NCBI GenBank assembly: GCA_964035545.1
Contig: OZ037767.1
Span: 25,188,628 to 25,252,627, forward strand
Reading direction: 5' to 3'
From: Bugula neritina
Taxonomy: Eukaryota; Animalia; Bryozoa
DNA: 64,000 nucleotides
A program made the position numbers and the translations under genes. Shown piece by piece: positions 42,435 through 53,498 of this stretch (position 1 is its first letter; each line of letters starts with the position of its first letter). The notes beneath the pieces were generated by a model that saw only the letters and a program-made list of their open reading frames with translations, searched no databases and had not been told where the DNA came from.

Positions 42435-42675
42435 AATCAAGCAGTTTGACATTTTTGAAAGATACTTTATAAATTTTATAGCTTTAGTTATGTTGGATTT
42501 ATTGGGAAAAGAAGGAATGCTTTTATAGTTGTTGTGTTGTCAGAATTTAAGGGAGAGTTTTGATCTTGCATTATTACAACTTGCAGTTTGTAAACCTTAT
42601 AAATCTCTTAATTGATTCACTATTTACCCTAGAAAGAGGTCGCTGGTTGCATTCAAACTGTAACTAAATAAGTAA

Positions 42676-45600
42676 ATGTTACCATCTCACTCTCCGCCTG
42701 CATACTGCATGATGTATAAAACAGAAGATTATACTGAAGAGCTGATCCCAGCAAGTAAGAGATATGAAGACGTCTCTCTCAGTGCTGAATATGTCAAGTC
42801 GAGAATCAGATATCCGAATTCTGTGTTTGAGACAGTCATGGGCTATGTTGAAGAATCGGTGAGACTCATATATTACTGTACACTATAATATGCATGCTAT
42901 ACGTATGCTATACATATTCTATACATATGCTATGCATATGCATATATGTATGCTATATCTATGCTATTATATACATACATTATGCTATATGTATGCTATA
43001 GATATATACTATGCATCTGATATACATATTTTTATATACGTGTTATACATATGCTACTAATATGTTATGCATATGCTATGCATCTGCTATACACTTTAAA
43101 CAGATTTAGATTTAAAAATATAAAACTTAGTGCAAATAAGCAGTTTTCTATAAATTGAAAAGGCTATGTGTACAACAGATAAAAAAACTGGAAAAAAGCT
43201 TTTTTAGATAAAAATGTCAACATGTAGATTGGTTGCACGTTAACAGAGCACTCTACTGTCAAATATAGTCTGAGGTACTCACAAGGCATGCAGGCACCTT
43301 GTAAATACGTTGATGATTATTTTAAATAATCCAATAGAGTTCTGACAACATTTTCAATTTTTTTATGCCTATAACTTATTATAGCCAGCATTTACACTGA
43401 ATTTCACGATGTGTTTTCATGTCTGTGATATGCAATAATTCCATCAATCAATCATATTATTGTATATTTTATCTTAACTACTTGATTGTTTATCTGATAA
43501 GGAGTTGACTGTTCATGAACACAATATCCCATATATTATATGTACATCACTAACTTACATTCAATATGCATTAGCTTGGTCAACCACCCAAATACCCCTT
43601 AGCTGTGGATGTTGGGTGTGGACCAGGCTTGATGTCTACAGTATTCTTAGCTCCATACTTTGATAAAGTACTTGGAGTATGTACATCACTAACTTACATT
43701 CAATATGCATTAGCTTGGTCAACCACCCAAATACCCCTTAGCTGTGGATGTTGGGTGTGGACCAGGCTTGATGTCTACAGTATTCTTAGCTCCATACTTT
43801 GATAAAGTACTTGGAGTAGACATCAGTGAGTCCCAGATAGAGCAGGCAACCCTTCAAAACCGGCATCTGAACATTAGCTATATGTAAGTGTTGTAATATA
43901 ATGAAGATAATAACTATAAGGATGTATTCTAATATAAACATCAACTACTGTATGTATTGTGATTTGAATTATCATTTCATTACTAGATAGCCGAAGTTTG
44001 AAAAGTAAAACTAATGAAATCAGACTGATTCTATGTAAATTTTGTTTATTTGTCAATTAAAGTCATACTACATGCATCCCTTCAGAGTTTCCCCAGGAGA
44101 GTCCCTCCCTGTAGAGGACAACTCCGTAACCCTGGTGCAAGCTGCTACAGCACTGCACTGGTTGGATCATGAAAAGTTCTACAGAGAATGTGACAGAGTT
44201 CTGGTTCCTGGAGGAGTTATTGCTGCCTTTAATTATAAGCTGGATATAGAAGTGATAAAACACCCTAACAGCAATCAGCTTCATCAAATCTTTTCAGAGG
44301 TTTGGCAAGACAATTTTTTCAAAAGCTTAAAATGCAGTCATGCATATATTCTAATATATGAATGAAATATAATCAAATTCAAGAATATATCACTATATTA
44401 TGTTCATAACACATTTGCTTTACATGAAAACTGCTGATAAAATGTCAAATTATTGCTTTAATAGACCCTTTTAGAGATTCCCAATGTCCCCCTTATACAA
44501 TTAAGAGTTGTGGTCCCTCAAAATGAAATTTGTCTAGCAAAGTAGGCTTGAACTCATTTTTGTGGTTTTGGTTGATGCATGAGCAATGCTTAAGTGCCAC
44601 TACATAAATGCATTCAAGGTTATGTCTGTCAAAATAATCTATGAAGAAATATTTTTAAAATTTCTTTGAACTGCTAATATGTGTGCTTATACCAAAATAT
44701 CTATCTCCTAAAATAATAATTATATAGCATAATTAGAATTCTAAGTAGCAACCAAACTTTAAATTGTTAATGAGTTTGTTTTTTATACAAAGGTTCAACC
44801 TTGTTCACTGTGGGAAACCACAACTCTTAATTGTAAAGGGGATATCAGGGACCTCTGAAAAGGGTCTATTGTCGTACTGAATGAGTATAACTGTTTACTT
44901 CAAATGTTTTTTCATTTAATAAAAATGTTTTCATACTTTTTAATGTTTGCTGTTGTGCTTTGCAGCTTACTATCAGTATAATATATTATAACTTTATTGT
45001 TCTATATTAGATAATGGACAGGATAACTTCATCCAGTGAGAATCCATATTTCTCAAAACACTGCAGAATGGTTTTAAACAAATACACTGACCCTTCAATG
45101 CAGATACCTTATGAAAGCAGAAAGAGGTGAAAATTTACAATTATATACATACAGTGATGCTTAGTCATACTGTTAGCAGTTAATTAATCTACTTTTAAGT
45201 TAACTTTGAGTCTCATAAAATAAAACTATATATTTAGAAAACGAAGGTATAGGTGCAGTAATGGAGAAATTGAGAAAAGCCTGTGTTTTAGATTAGAAAT
45301 GTAACAAAAGAAATTATGCTCTCACAAGAATTTCAACCTACGCCCCAAACCAAAATTTAATAATAAAATTAAAGAACTTGGGCTTTCTCAATTTCTCCAC
45401 TACTGTTCCAAGTGTAAAACAAAGCTTTCTAGTGTCTTTTGTCTGCATTCAGTTCCAATTATATGAGCTTGCTACTCAATCACTGGGTCTCTGTGATTGT
45501 TCTTCCAGACTAGACGGTCAGTACATGGAGGTCTCCAGCACGATATCTGATTCGTTGAGGTGTCTGATGACTGCTGCCTTTGTCAAACATTATGTCAACA

Positions 45601-46325
45601 GTTGTGAAGAAAATAAGAAGTGGTGGCAAGATTGTCATACAAGGTATATTTGGGTGTGCATATACGTATACAATAGCTAAGAATATATTGTACCTGCAAA
45701 AAAGCCAGCATGTTAATTGTATTTAGCAGCACTTCAGACTAGATAAGCAATTAATGTACTACAGAAAAAGTATGCAGTGAGAAAAAGTTGTAGCTTAAAT
45801 TTTTGGCTATAATCTAAGCAAAAGCTCTGGCTGGAAAGTTGGCAAGTAGATATGGACTTTCTTGCAGTTAGATTCGCCACGTGATGCAAGAACATGAGTA
45901 AGACACAGGAGTAGTCTTGTGACTTTGTGACAGTACGTTTTTATGACCTTGGGTTCATCTCATAGTGTTACCAAAGCATAGGTAGAAATAAATGATTTCA
46001 TACTACACCAACACCCCCTTATACTTTCGATATAATATCCTGTTTAGTGTATACAGCTAAATAATATCCTGTTTAGTGTATACAGTTATATAATATACTG
46101 TTTAGTGTATACATGGGTATAGGAAATAATGTTTAATATACACATGATACACTGTTGAGTGTATAATATACACTCACCAGCGTATCATGTATATACTTAC
46201 CATATATTATATGGTAAGTATTCTAACATTTTAGACTAATGGAGGCATATGGTACAGACGATCCAGATGCACCCTTAATTTATCAGCTCGAAGTCTTTAT
46301 GCTTCTGGGACAGAAACCAAAATAA
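42676..46325 (+). CDS. Class I SAM-dependent methyltransferase (Methyltransf_11 type), ~302 aa
   Basis: Exons 42676-42858, 43714-43883, 44086-44299, 45011-45126, 45509-45643, 46235-46325 (909 nt, in phase). Motifs Y.KSR..YP, AVDVGCGPG, VLGVDISESQIEQA, ESLPVEDNSV, ATALHWLD..KFYRECDRVLVPGGVIA, C-terminal FMLLGQKPK. Confidence 0.9.
42890..43092. repeat. Low-complexity ATATGCT-type tract in methyltransferase intron 1
   Basis: Visible degenerate short-period repeat. Confidence 0.7.
43539..43818 (+). repeat. Exact 139-bp tandem duplication spanning the acceptor and first 103 nt of methyltransferase exon 2
   Basis: 43539-43677 is identical to 43678-43816, with TA microhomology at the ends. Confidence 0.95.
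44460..44870. mobile_element. MITE-like non-autonomous element, ~411 bp, with ~55-bp imperfect terminal inverted repeats
   Basis: Left AATAGACCCTTTTAGAGATTCCC...TACAATTAAGAGTTGTGGT; right ACCACAACTCTTAATTGTA...GGGACCTCTGAAAAGGGTCTATT. No coding capacity and no clear TSD. Confidence 0.8.
46032..46113. repeat. ~29-bp tandem repeat (ATAATATCCTGTTTAGTGTATACAG-like, 3 copies)
   Basis: Visible in methyltransferase intron 5. Confidence 0.75.
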
Positions 46326-46857
46326 GCCGAAAGATCCTAAACAGTGAAAATGAGCATAAGTCTGTTTATTTTTCCATTTCATAGAATTTAGTTCTGTGTG
46401 GAGGTTCAAATAGCAACAGAACTCTGTCTACAATCTGCTATGATAACTACTTAATTATTTAGCATACAAAAGTTGAGTGTTGATTTTCCCACAAAGTTGT
46501 CTTTTCAACAGTATAATAAACTAGTACTATAAAGATTTACTTTAGCTTGCCAGTAGCTATATATTCTAAATAACATATCTGTTGAGAAAAACTGGGACTA
46601 GGACATGTGATCTAGATATGGTTATCTGAGAAGTATTACACAACAACTTAATGAATAAATAGCTAGTATAGTATTCATGTTGCTACATGCGCTGTTCAAA
46701 TTTATTTTTCTGTAAAACAAACTCAAGCTCACAACCATGTGCAACATACCAGTATGATCTAAATATACCATGTAGTACCGTATTAACACTCTCAAAATAC
46801 TGATACAGTTAAAAATCATACACGCACACACGCATGCTCGCGCACGTGACATAAGTT

Positions 46858-47026
46858 ATATTAAAAAAATAACAGCGTAAATTTACATTAAAAGACTCTT
46901 GTCTATATATACATATACATACACACACACACGCGCACGCGTGTGTGTGTGTGTGTGTGTGTATGTATATGTATATATAGACAAGAGTCTTTTAATGTAA
47001 ATTTACGCTGTTATTTTTTTTAATAT
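46858..47026. repeat. Near-perfect ~170-bp inverted repeat centred on a (CA)n/(GT)n microsatellite
   Basis: Left arm ATATTAAAAAAATAACAGCGTAAATTTACATTAAAAGACTCTTGTCTATATATACATATACATACACAC is the reverse complement of ~46957-47026, apart from one extra T in a homopolymer. Confidence 0.95.
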
Positions 47027-47573
47027 TACTCATGTCATACTTTGTTGTGAATTGCTAAATTGTTGCATGCTAGCATATTATGAAGATTCTCCATTAGAGA
47101 AGAAGGTGAGTAACTTTCCATGCTATGGCTGCAAATAGTCAAAAATTGGTAACTGGTTGAGGAAGTAAATGTTTTTGACTATAAAATGCTAGGGCAGATT
47201 TTACATAGTTGAATTTTCCACCTTAGGATACTTGATTTGATAGAATGGTATTTACTATGCTATGTATTCCTTATTGACTCATTCAAATCTGGGAATTCCC
47301 CTCAACAGAGAAAATGTAAACATAAGCTTTTGTTAATCAAACTAAAGCTTTAAATTTACATTCATTGATTTTATTCAACTTCAAATATTAGTTTTATTAT
47401 TGCCTATAATAAGAGCCTAAATGCTTAAACGTTTTGAAGTAAAAAATGTTTCCTTGTAAGCAGTTGTACTACTCACAAAAATTTATTCAGGAATTTTAGC
47501 AATCAATCAATCTAGCAGATGTAGTGTAGTCTTAGAACGGTGTATCTGATAGTCTGCACACGTCTGCTTGTAG

Positions 47574-50500
47574 TAGGATATGCAGAGTGGACCAAGTACT
47601 GTAGACTGTATGCTCAGCAGTTGAGAGCAGAAGGCAGCATTCACAAAGCTGTGGCCTACCTACTCTATACCCACGATGTTGATACATCTGTACTCTGGCT
47701 AACTGAAAACAACCTCTACAGGTAGGAATCTTCTGTGTGTGTTGTGTGCATAGAAAGTTGGTTAGAGATCTTTGATTTGGTAATTAATCTGATTATTTAT
47801 GTTGTTGACAGTTTAAGATCTTACATAGTTGATTGGTTGAACCTTAAAATGTTTTTATTGGCGGTTTGATTACTACGAAGTGCTGAAACCAATGAGCTAT
47901 GCAGGATATTGATAATGCCGTATATGGTAACACATAGATGTGCAGCTTGTTCCATTGTAATGATTATACTATCCATTGGCAGGGAGGCTGTATGCATTGT
48001 ACGTAGCAGAGATCCTACCAACACTGAAAGGATACTAGAATTATACAACAACTGGGGCAAACAACTGAGAAAAGATGCCAACTATGAGACAGGTGCTAAG
48101 TGGTGAGCAGACAACTCCTTCTTTATTACTTTTTGGTGATAATTACTAATATTATTAGTTTATTTTCAACCATGTCATTCTCTGCACATTTTGCTTGTGG
48201 ATTGTTTTAAACACACTAAAAAGATATGTTGTATATATAAGGGTTTAAATATATCCTCGTGGGCTAGTAACTTCATTAAAAATAAATAAATGAGATATTT
48301 TTTGTTTACTACTTTATTTATCTAAAGTAAACTTCTATTTTGGATACCACTGTATCCATTTACAGAGTTGATTGAAGTTGCCATAGGCCCTTTACTTTCA
48401 CTACATGATATTGATTTTATAAGTATAAGATATAAGGACATTTTTCTACTTTCTAGTCTAGTTGCACTCAAAGAACCCCTCTTAGCTTTAGACCTCCTCA
48501 GAAAGAGATCTGATCGAGACGGGACACTGCGGGCTATTCAGTACGTTTGTTTATTTCATAGCTTGTCTTCCAGTATATCTACTATTTGTCTTCCACCACT
48601 TTATTATGCTGTAGCTATTATTCTAATTATTAATTTTCATGGACCATTTATAATAATGATTTTGAAAGTTTTACCAGTTAATTTCTATCGGCAGATTTGC
48701 AATGAGCTCTCCCGACTGTTTGGATTCGTTGATGGACTTGTGTGATCAACTGACTAGAGAATGCATTCTCTCTGGAGATTTCCAACTTATAGAGAAGTTA
48801 TGCTCCCCACACACTAAGCTTCACGTGAGTATATTGAACTCAATAGACAGTCATAAGCAATAATATTAGTAGAATAATACAAATGTAGAGCTGGGGAACA
48901 AGTATCAGCTGAAATCAGGAGGTTGAAGCTGAAAATAGTGATTCAATTATTTCATCAAAACTTGTTAACTACAAACCTATTCCTATTAATTTCTGGTTTT
49001 ATTTAAAAAAGTACATTAGACTGAATACCTCAACTTTCAGCTTACATTGCACATAGCTTGTATTCTATGATCTAGTACTAACAAGTGGTGTTTGGTATGT
49101 CGTTTTCTATATGAATAAAACTGTCAGTTTTCTAGTAAATTGTAGCCTCAGATTCTCATTTTGTTTCAAAAAGAACTGCATATAATTCGATAATAATGTG
49201 CAGTGTGCATGTTTTAGCCTTTCTTAGCCTGGAGTTTAGTCTATCAGTCCTTATCACCGGTGCTAGACTGTGGAGCGTCTACTGACTTCTCCACCTTAGG
49301 CATAGTAGAGTATGTACGGGAACTGCTGGCTAGTCATAACATAAAACTGGTAGATTGCAGGAAACAGTGTTCACTCTCCCAGCAGTGGATGTCACCATCT
49401 CAGGTTGGCTCTAACAGCGCCCCTTCCTTTCTGCTCTGTTGTGTATAGTGCCTTGGGTATTATGTTTTGCTGTGACTGTCAAGTACAATATCTTCGGTCA
49501 CTGGGCTGAGATCCAACATTTACTTTTTAGTTTGCTACAAAATATGCTTTTTCTCTTTTTTGTTATGTACCAACGGTTGGTGTACAGGTTTATAATTAAA
49601 GTATTTTCATGAGAAACTTGATAACATTGCATTCATTTATCTCAAAATTTCTATTTTATAGTTTTTACCTGTTGAGATAGGTATGGAATCAGAAAAGAAA
49701 TTTTAAAAAGCCGAGAAAAATTTTAGCACAATCAGTAATATTCTCATAAAAAGTGTATCCTTCACTCTATGTTGATCGTCACATAAAATTGATAAGCTTG
49801 GCTAGTGAAATCTCCTTTCTGCTTTAACTGAATTGTTGGTTACTTTTATTATGCAGTTGTGACCGTTTCAAGTATTAACTTTTTGCATTTAACAGCAATC
49901 TGCCGGTAGGGACTGCTTTAAGCCAACATGGCATTTATTAGATATTTTTATAGTACGATACTCTGATTACTAAATACGGATTATCTGATTATCTAAATTT
50001 ATTAAATCACGGTGTACGATGTAATAACATAATACTGGTATGTACACTGTTACATACCTCACTTATACCTCACTCACTGTAACTAGGCGAAGATAGCCAT
50101 ATGCGAGAGGATTATTGGTCTAGCAGTAGATGTGACTGAAGGAGTAGGTGACGTGGAGTCAGGTCTAGTTGAGCTCTACACCATAATCATGATGTTACCC
50201 AAGTTACCACTGTATGCTGAGTCAGCTCTCACCACTGCCAAGGTCATCCATCTGCTGCAGTTTCCTGGTGAGTCATACCAGTGTGAGGATCACTGATCAC
50301 TCATAGATAGCATCTTCTAGCATCTGTAGATAATGTTTATAAATATTGGGTCATCAACTATTCAAATCTGGACCTCCATATTTGTTATTGCAGCATTGTT
50401 GGTTATGTTGGTGTTCTATGTTTATTAAAGCATCATTAACTTCAGTCATTGGCTAAAACTAAGTGTAAGCTTCAATCATTGGCTAGGAGTAAGTGTAAGC

Positions 50501-53222
50501 TCTTATCATTGGCTGGGATTTTAATTAGCTAGCCTTAACTAGCCAGTACAACATCCAGTATGCTCGCTGCCCTTTCTTAACCTGAGTCTTGCTGTCTGTC
50601 TAACAGGATGTGATGTGGCACAGCGACTGACTGACTGCTCCTTCAAAGACACCCGGTTTCTCTCCGACTACGCGTTGTACATATGCTACCTGTGGTCTGC
50701 ACTAATTATAAACACTAAGTCCGGCTCCCGGGACTCCACCCTCATCAAAACTGATGCTGATGTATCCGCAGTTTATAATTCTTCAGAGTTATCATCCACT
50801 GTATGTAATGGGGAGACAAAACCTAAAGCTAATGATATACTATCTGCTGTACAGAACAACATGCACCTGCTAGCGTTCTCCTTGTGTCATGGGCTGTTCA
50901 TACCCTGGGCAGACAGCGATGCCCTGTCACAGTTTGCCGTGCACCTGTCAGACATTAAATCTGAATCTAGTCGTGACTATAGTGAAACAACTTCCAGCAT
51001 TGATCTGGTAAGTTTGGTTTCCAAAGCTGCTATTTATTACATGGTTATATTATGTAGAAGTCATGCATTTTTGTTCAAGTTTTTGTTGTGTGTACAAATG
51101 AGTATGCTTTTGTTATCAAATAAGCTCTCCAGTGTATTTGTCTAGCTGTGTTATGTTATATGTACTCTCAATTTATTGTCTGGCATTTTGTCTCGCAGTG
51201 AAACTTGTGTGACATTGTATGCGTGAGACGGGAGATAACATTCTAGCACAAGCTTCTATACAGCAGTATTAGCTGTAGCTGATGGTTATTATACATGTAC
51301 TGAATTGTAGATGAAACTGGTATCCTTTGTTGATAAGGTCAAGCTGAATGAGAAGTTGGATAACAAGGTGAGTAGTCACTTCTAAGTTTCACACTATAAA
51401 TATAGTACTTGCATTGTATATAATACTTGCATTGTATATAATACTTGCACTGTATATAATACTTACACTGTATATAATACTTACACTGTATATAATACTT
51501 ACACTGTATATATTGCTTATACTGTATATAATACTTATACTGTATATAATACTTACACTGTATATATTGCTTATACTGTATATAATACTTATACTGTATA
51601 TAATACTTACACTGTATATATTGCTTATACTGTATATAATACTTATACTGTATAATATAATACTTACAATGTATATAATACTTACACTGTATATAATACT
51701 TACAATGTATATAATACTTACACTGTATATAGTACTTGCACTGTATATAGTACTTACACTGTATACAATACTTGCACTGTATACAATACTTATACTGTAT
51801 ATATTGCTTATACTGTATATAATACTTATACTGTATATAATACTTACACTGTATATAATACTTACACTGTATATAATACTTACACTGTATATAATACTTA
51901 CACTGTATAATATAATACTTACGCTGTCTATAGTACTTACACTGTGTATAATACTTACACTGTATATAATACTTACACTGTATATAATACTAACACTGTA
52001 TATATTGCTTACACTGTATATAATACTTATACTGTATATAATACTTACAATGTATATAATACTTACACTGTATATAATACTTACACTGTATATAATACTT
52101 ACACTGTATATAATACTTACACTGTATATAATACTTACACTGTATATAATACTTACACTGTATATAATACTTACAATGTATATAATACTTACACTGTATA
52201 TAATACTTACACTGTATATAATACTTACACTGTATATAATACTTACAATGTATATAATACTTACACTGTATATAATACTTACACTGTATATAATACTTAC
52301 ACTGTATATAATACTTACACTGTATATAATACTTACACTGTATATAATACTTACACTGTATGTAATACTTGCACTGTATATAATACTTACACTGTATATA
52401 ATACTTACACTGTATATAATACTTACAATGTATATAATACTTACACTGTATATAATACTTACACTGTATATAATACTTACACTGTATATAATACTTACAC
52501 TGTATATAATACTTACACTGTATATAATACTTACACTGTATGTAATACTTGCACTGTATATAATACTTACACTGTATATAATACTTACACTGTATATAAT
52601 ACTTACACTGTATATAATACTTACAATGTATATAATACTTACAATGTATATAATACTTATACTGTATATAATACTTACACTGTGTATAATACTTACACTG
52701 TATATATTGCTTATACTGTATATAATACTTACACTGTATATAGTACTTACACTGTATATAGTACTTACACTGTATATAATACTTACACTGTATAATATAA
52801 TACTTACACTGTATATAATACCTACACTGTGTGTATAATACTTACAATGTATATAATACTTACACTGTGTATATAATACTTACACTGTATATAATACTTA
52901 CACTGTAAACAATACTTACACTGCATGTAATACTTTTATTATATATAATACTTATATACTATATATAACATTTATACTCTGTTTATCTACGTTATCTATA
53001 ATGCAAGTTGGCCCTATAATTCAACAATCTATACTATGAGAGATTTTGCAGGTGCTGAAATGTATCCTAGCTATGCTGCTGGACTTGCTGAGGGAACTGT
53101 ACATATACATGTGTTCACATGACGACACAGGGCACCTGCCCAACCTGCCAGCCGGCTCCAAGATAATAGAGGAATGGGTGTCACTCCACACTATGTGTCA
53201 AGAAGTTAATATACCGCACTAA
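47574..53222 (+). pseudogene. 5'-truncated GEMIN5 duplicate (exons 17-25), frame intact but last exon cut by a deletion
   Basis: Exons 47574-47721, 47983-48102, 48457-48540, 48695-48824, 49218-49403, 50087-50267, 50607-51007, 51311-51367, 53052-53222. All splice sites are kept; ends ...QEVNIPH* instead of ...QEVNIGLDSSVTSASFQDASKQVTE*. No promoter or WD40 exons. Pseudogene status is unproven. Confidence 0.8.
51397..52930. repeat. 18-bp minisatellite (TATATAATACTTACACTG) x ~85
   Basis: Direct array inside intron 51368-53051. It explains the spurious 474-aa and 283-aa ORFs. Confidence 0.97.
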
Positions 53223-53498
53223 ATGGCCACATCAACATTCATACCATTTATTATCCATAAAGGCTTATAAATAAAGGTTTGGCTACATCATGTAATGGCA
53301 TCGATCTTTTATAGGGAAAAATTAAGTAATACAGAATTATATAGTTTGTATTAAATAATCAGAACAAAAACGTATATATATAAGTTAATAAGATACTACA
53401 ACATGGCTATATAATATAATAAGGTAATACTGTATGGATTATTTTTGCATGCCTACAGAGAAGCTATACCTACAGCTTGACTGAAACAGCTGCAGTTT

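Larger units (their letters stand above)
26637..47511 (+). repeat. Tandem segmental duplication, copy A (GEMIN5 exons 17-25, FoxL2-like gene, PLE remnant, methyltransferase)
   Basis: CTAGCAGAYGTAGTGTAGTCTTAG at 26637 matches 47512; colinear similarity continues to 42696 (= 64000). The right end 47511 is inferred from the tandem arrangement. Confidence 0.9.

Noticed and set aside
41640-42680. Hammerhead ribozyme associated with the Penelope-like remnant
   Set aside because: No CTGANGA...GAAA core with flanking stems was found by eye.
51414-52838. 474-aa (YIILTL)n and 283-aa (VYNTYT)n ORFs as repeat proteins
   Set aside because: They are translations of an intronic 18-bp minisatellite that lacks stops in those frames; absent from copy A.
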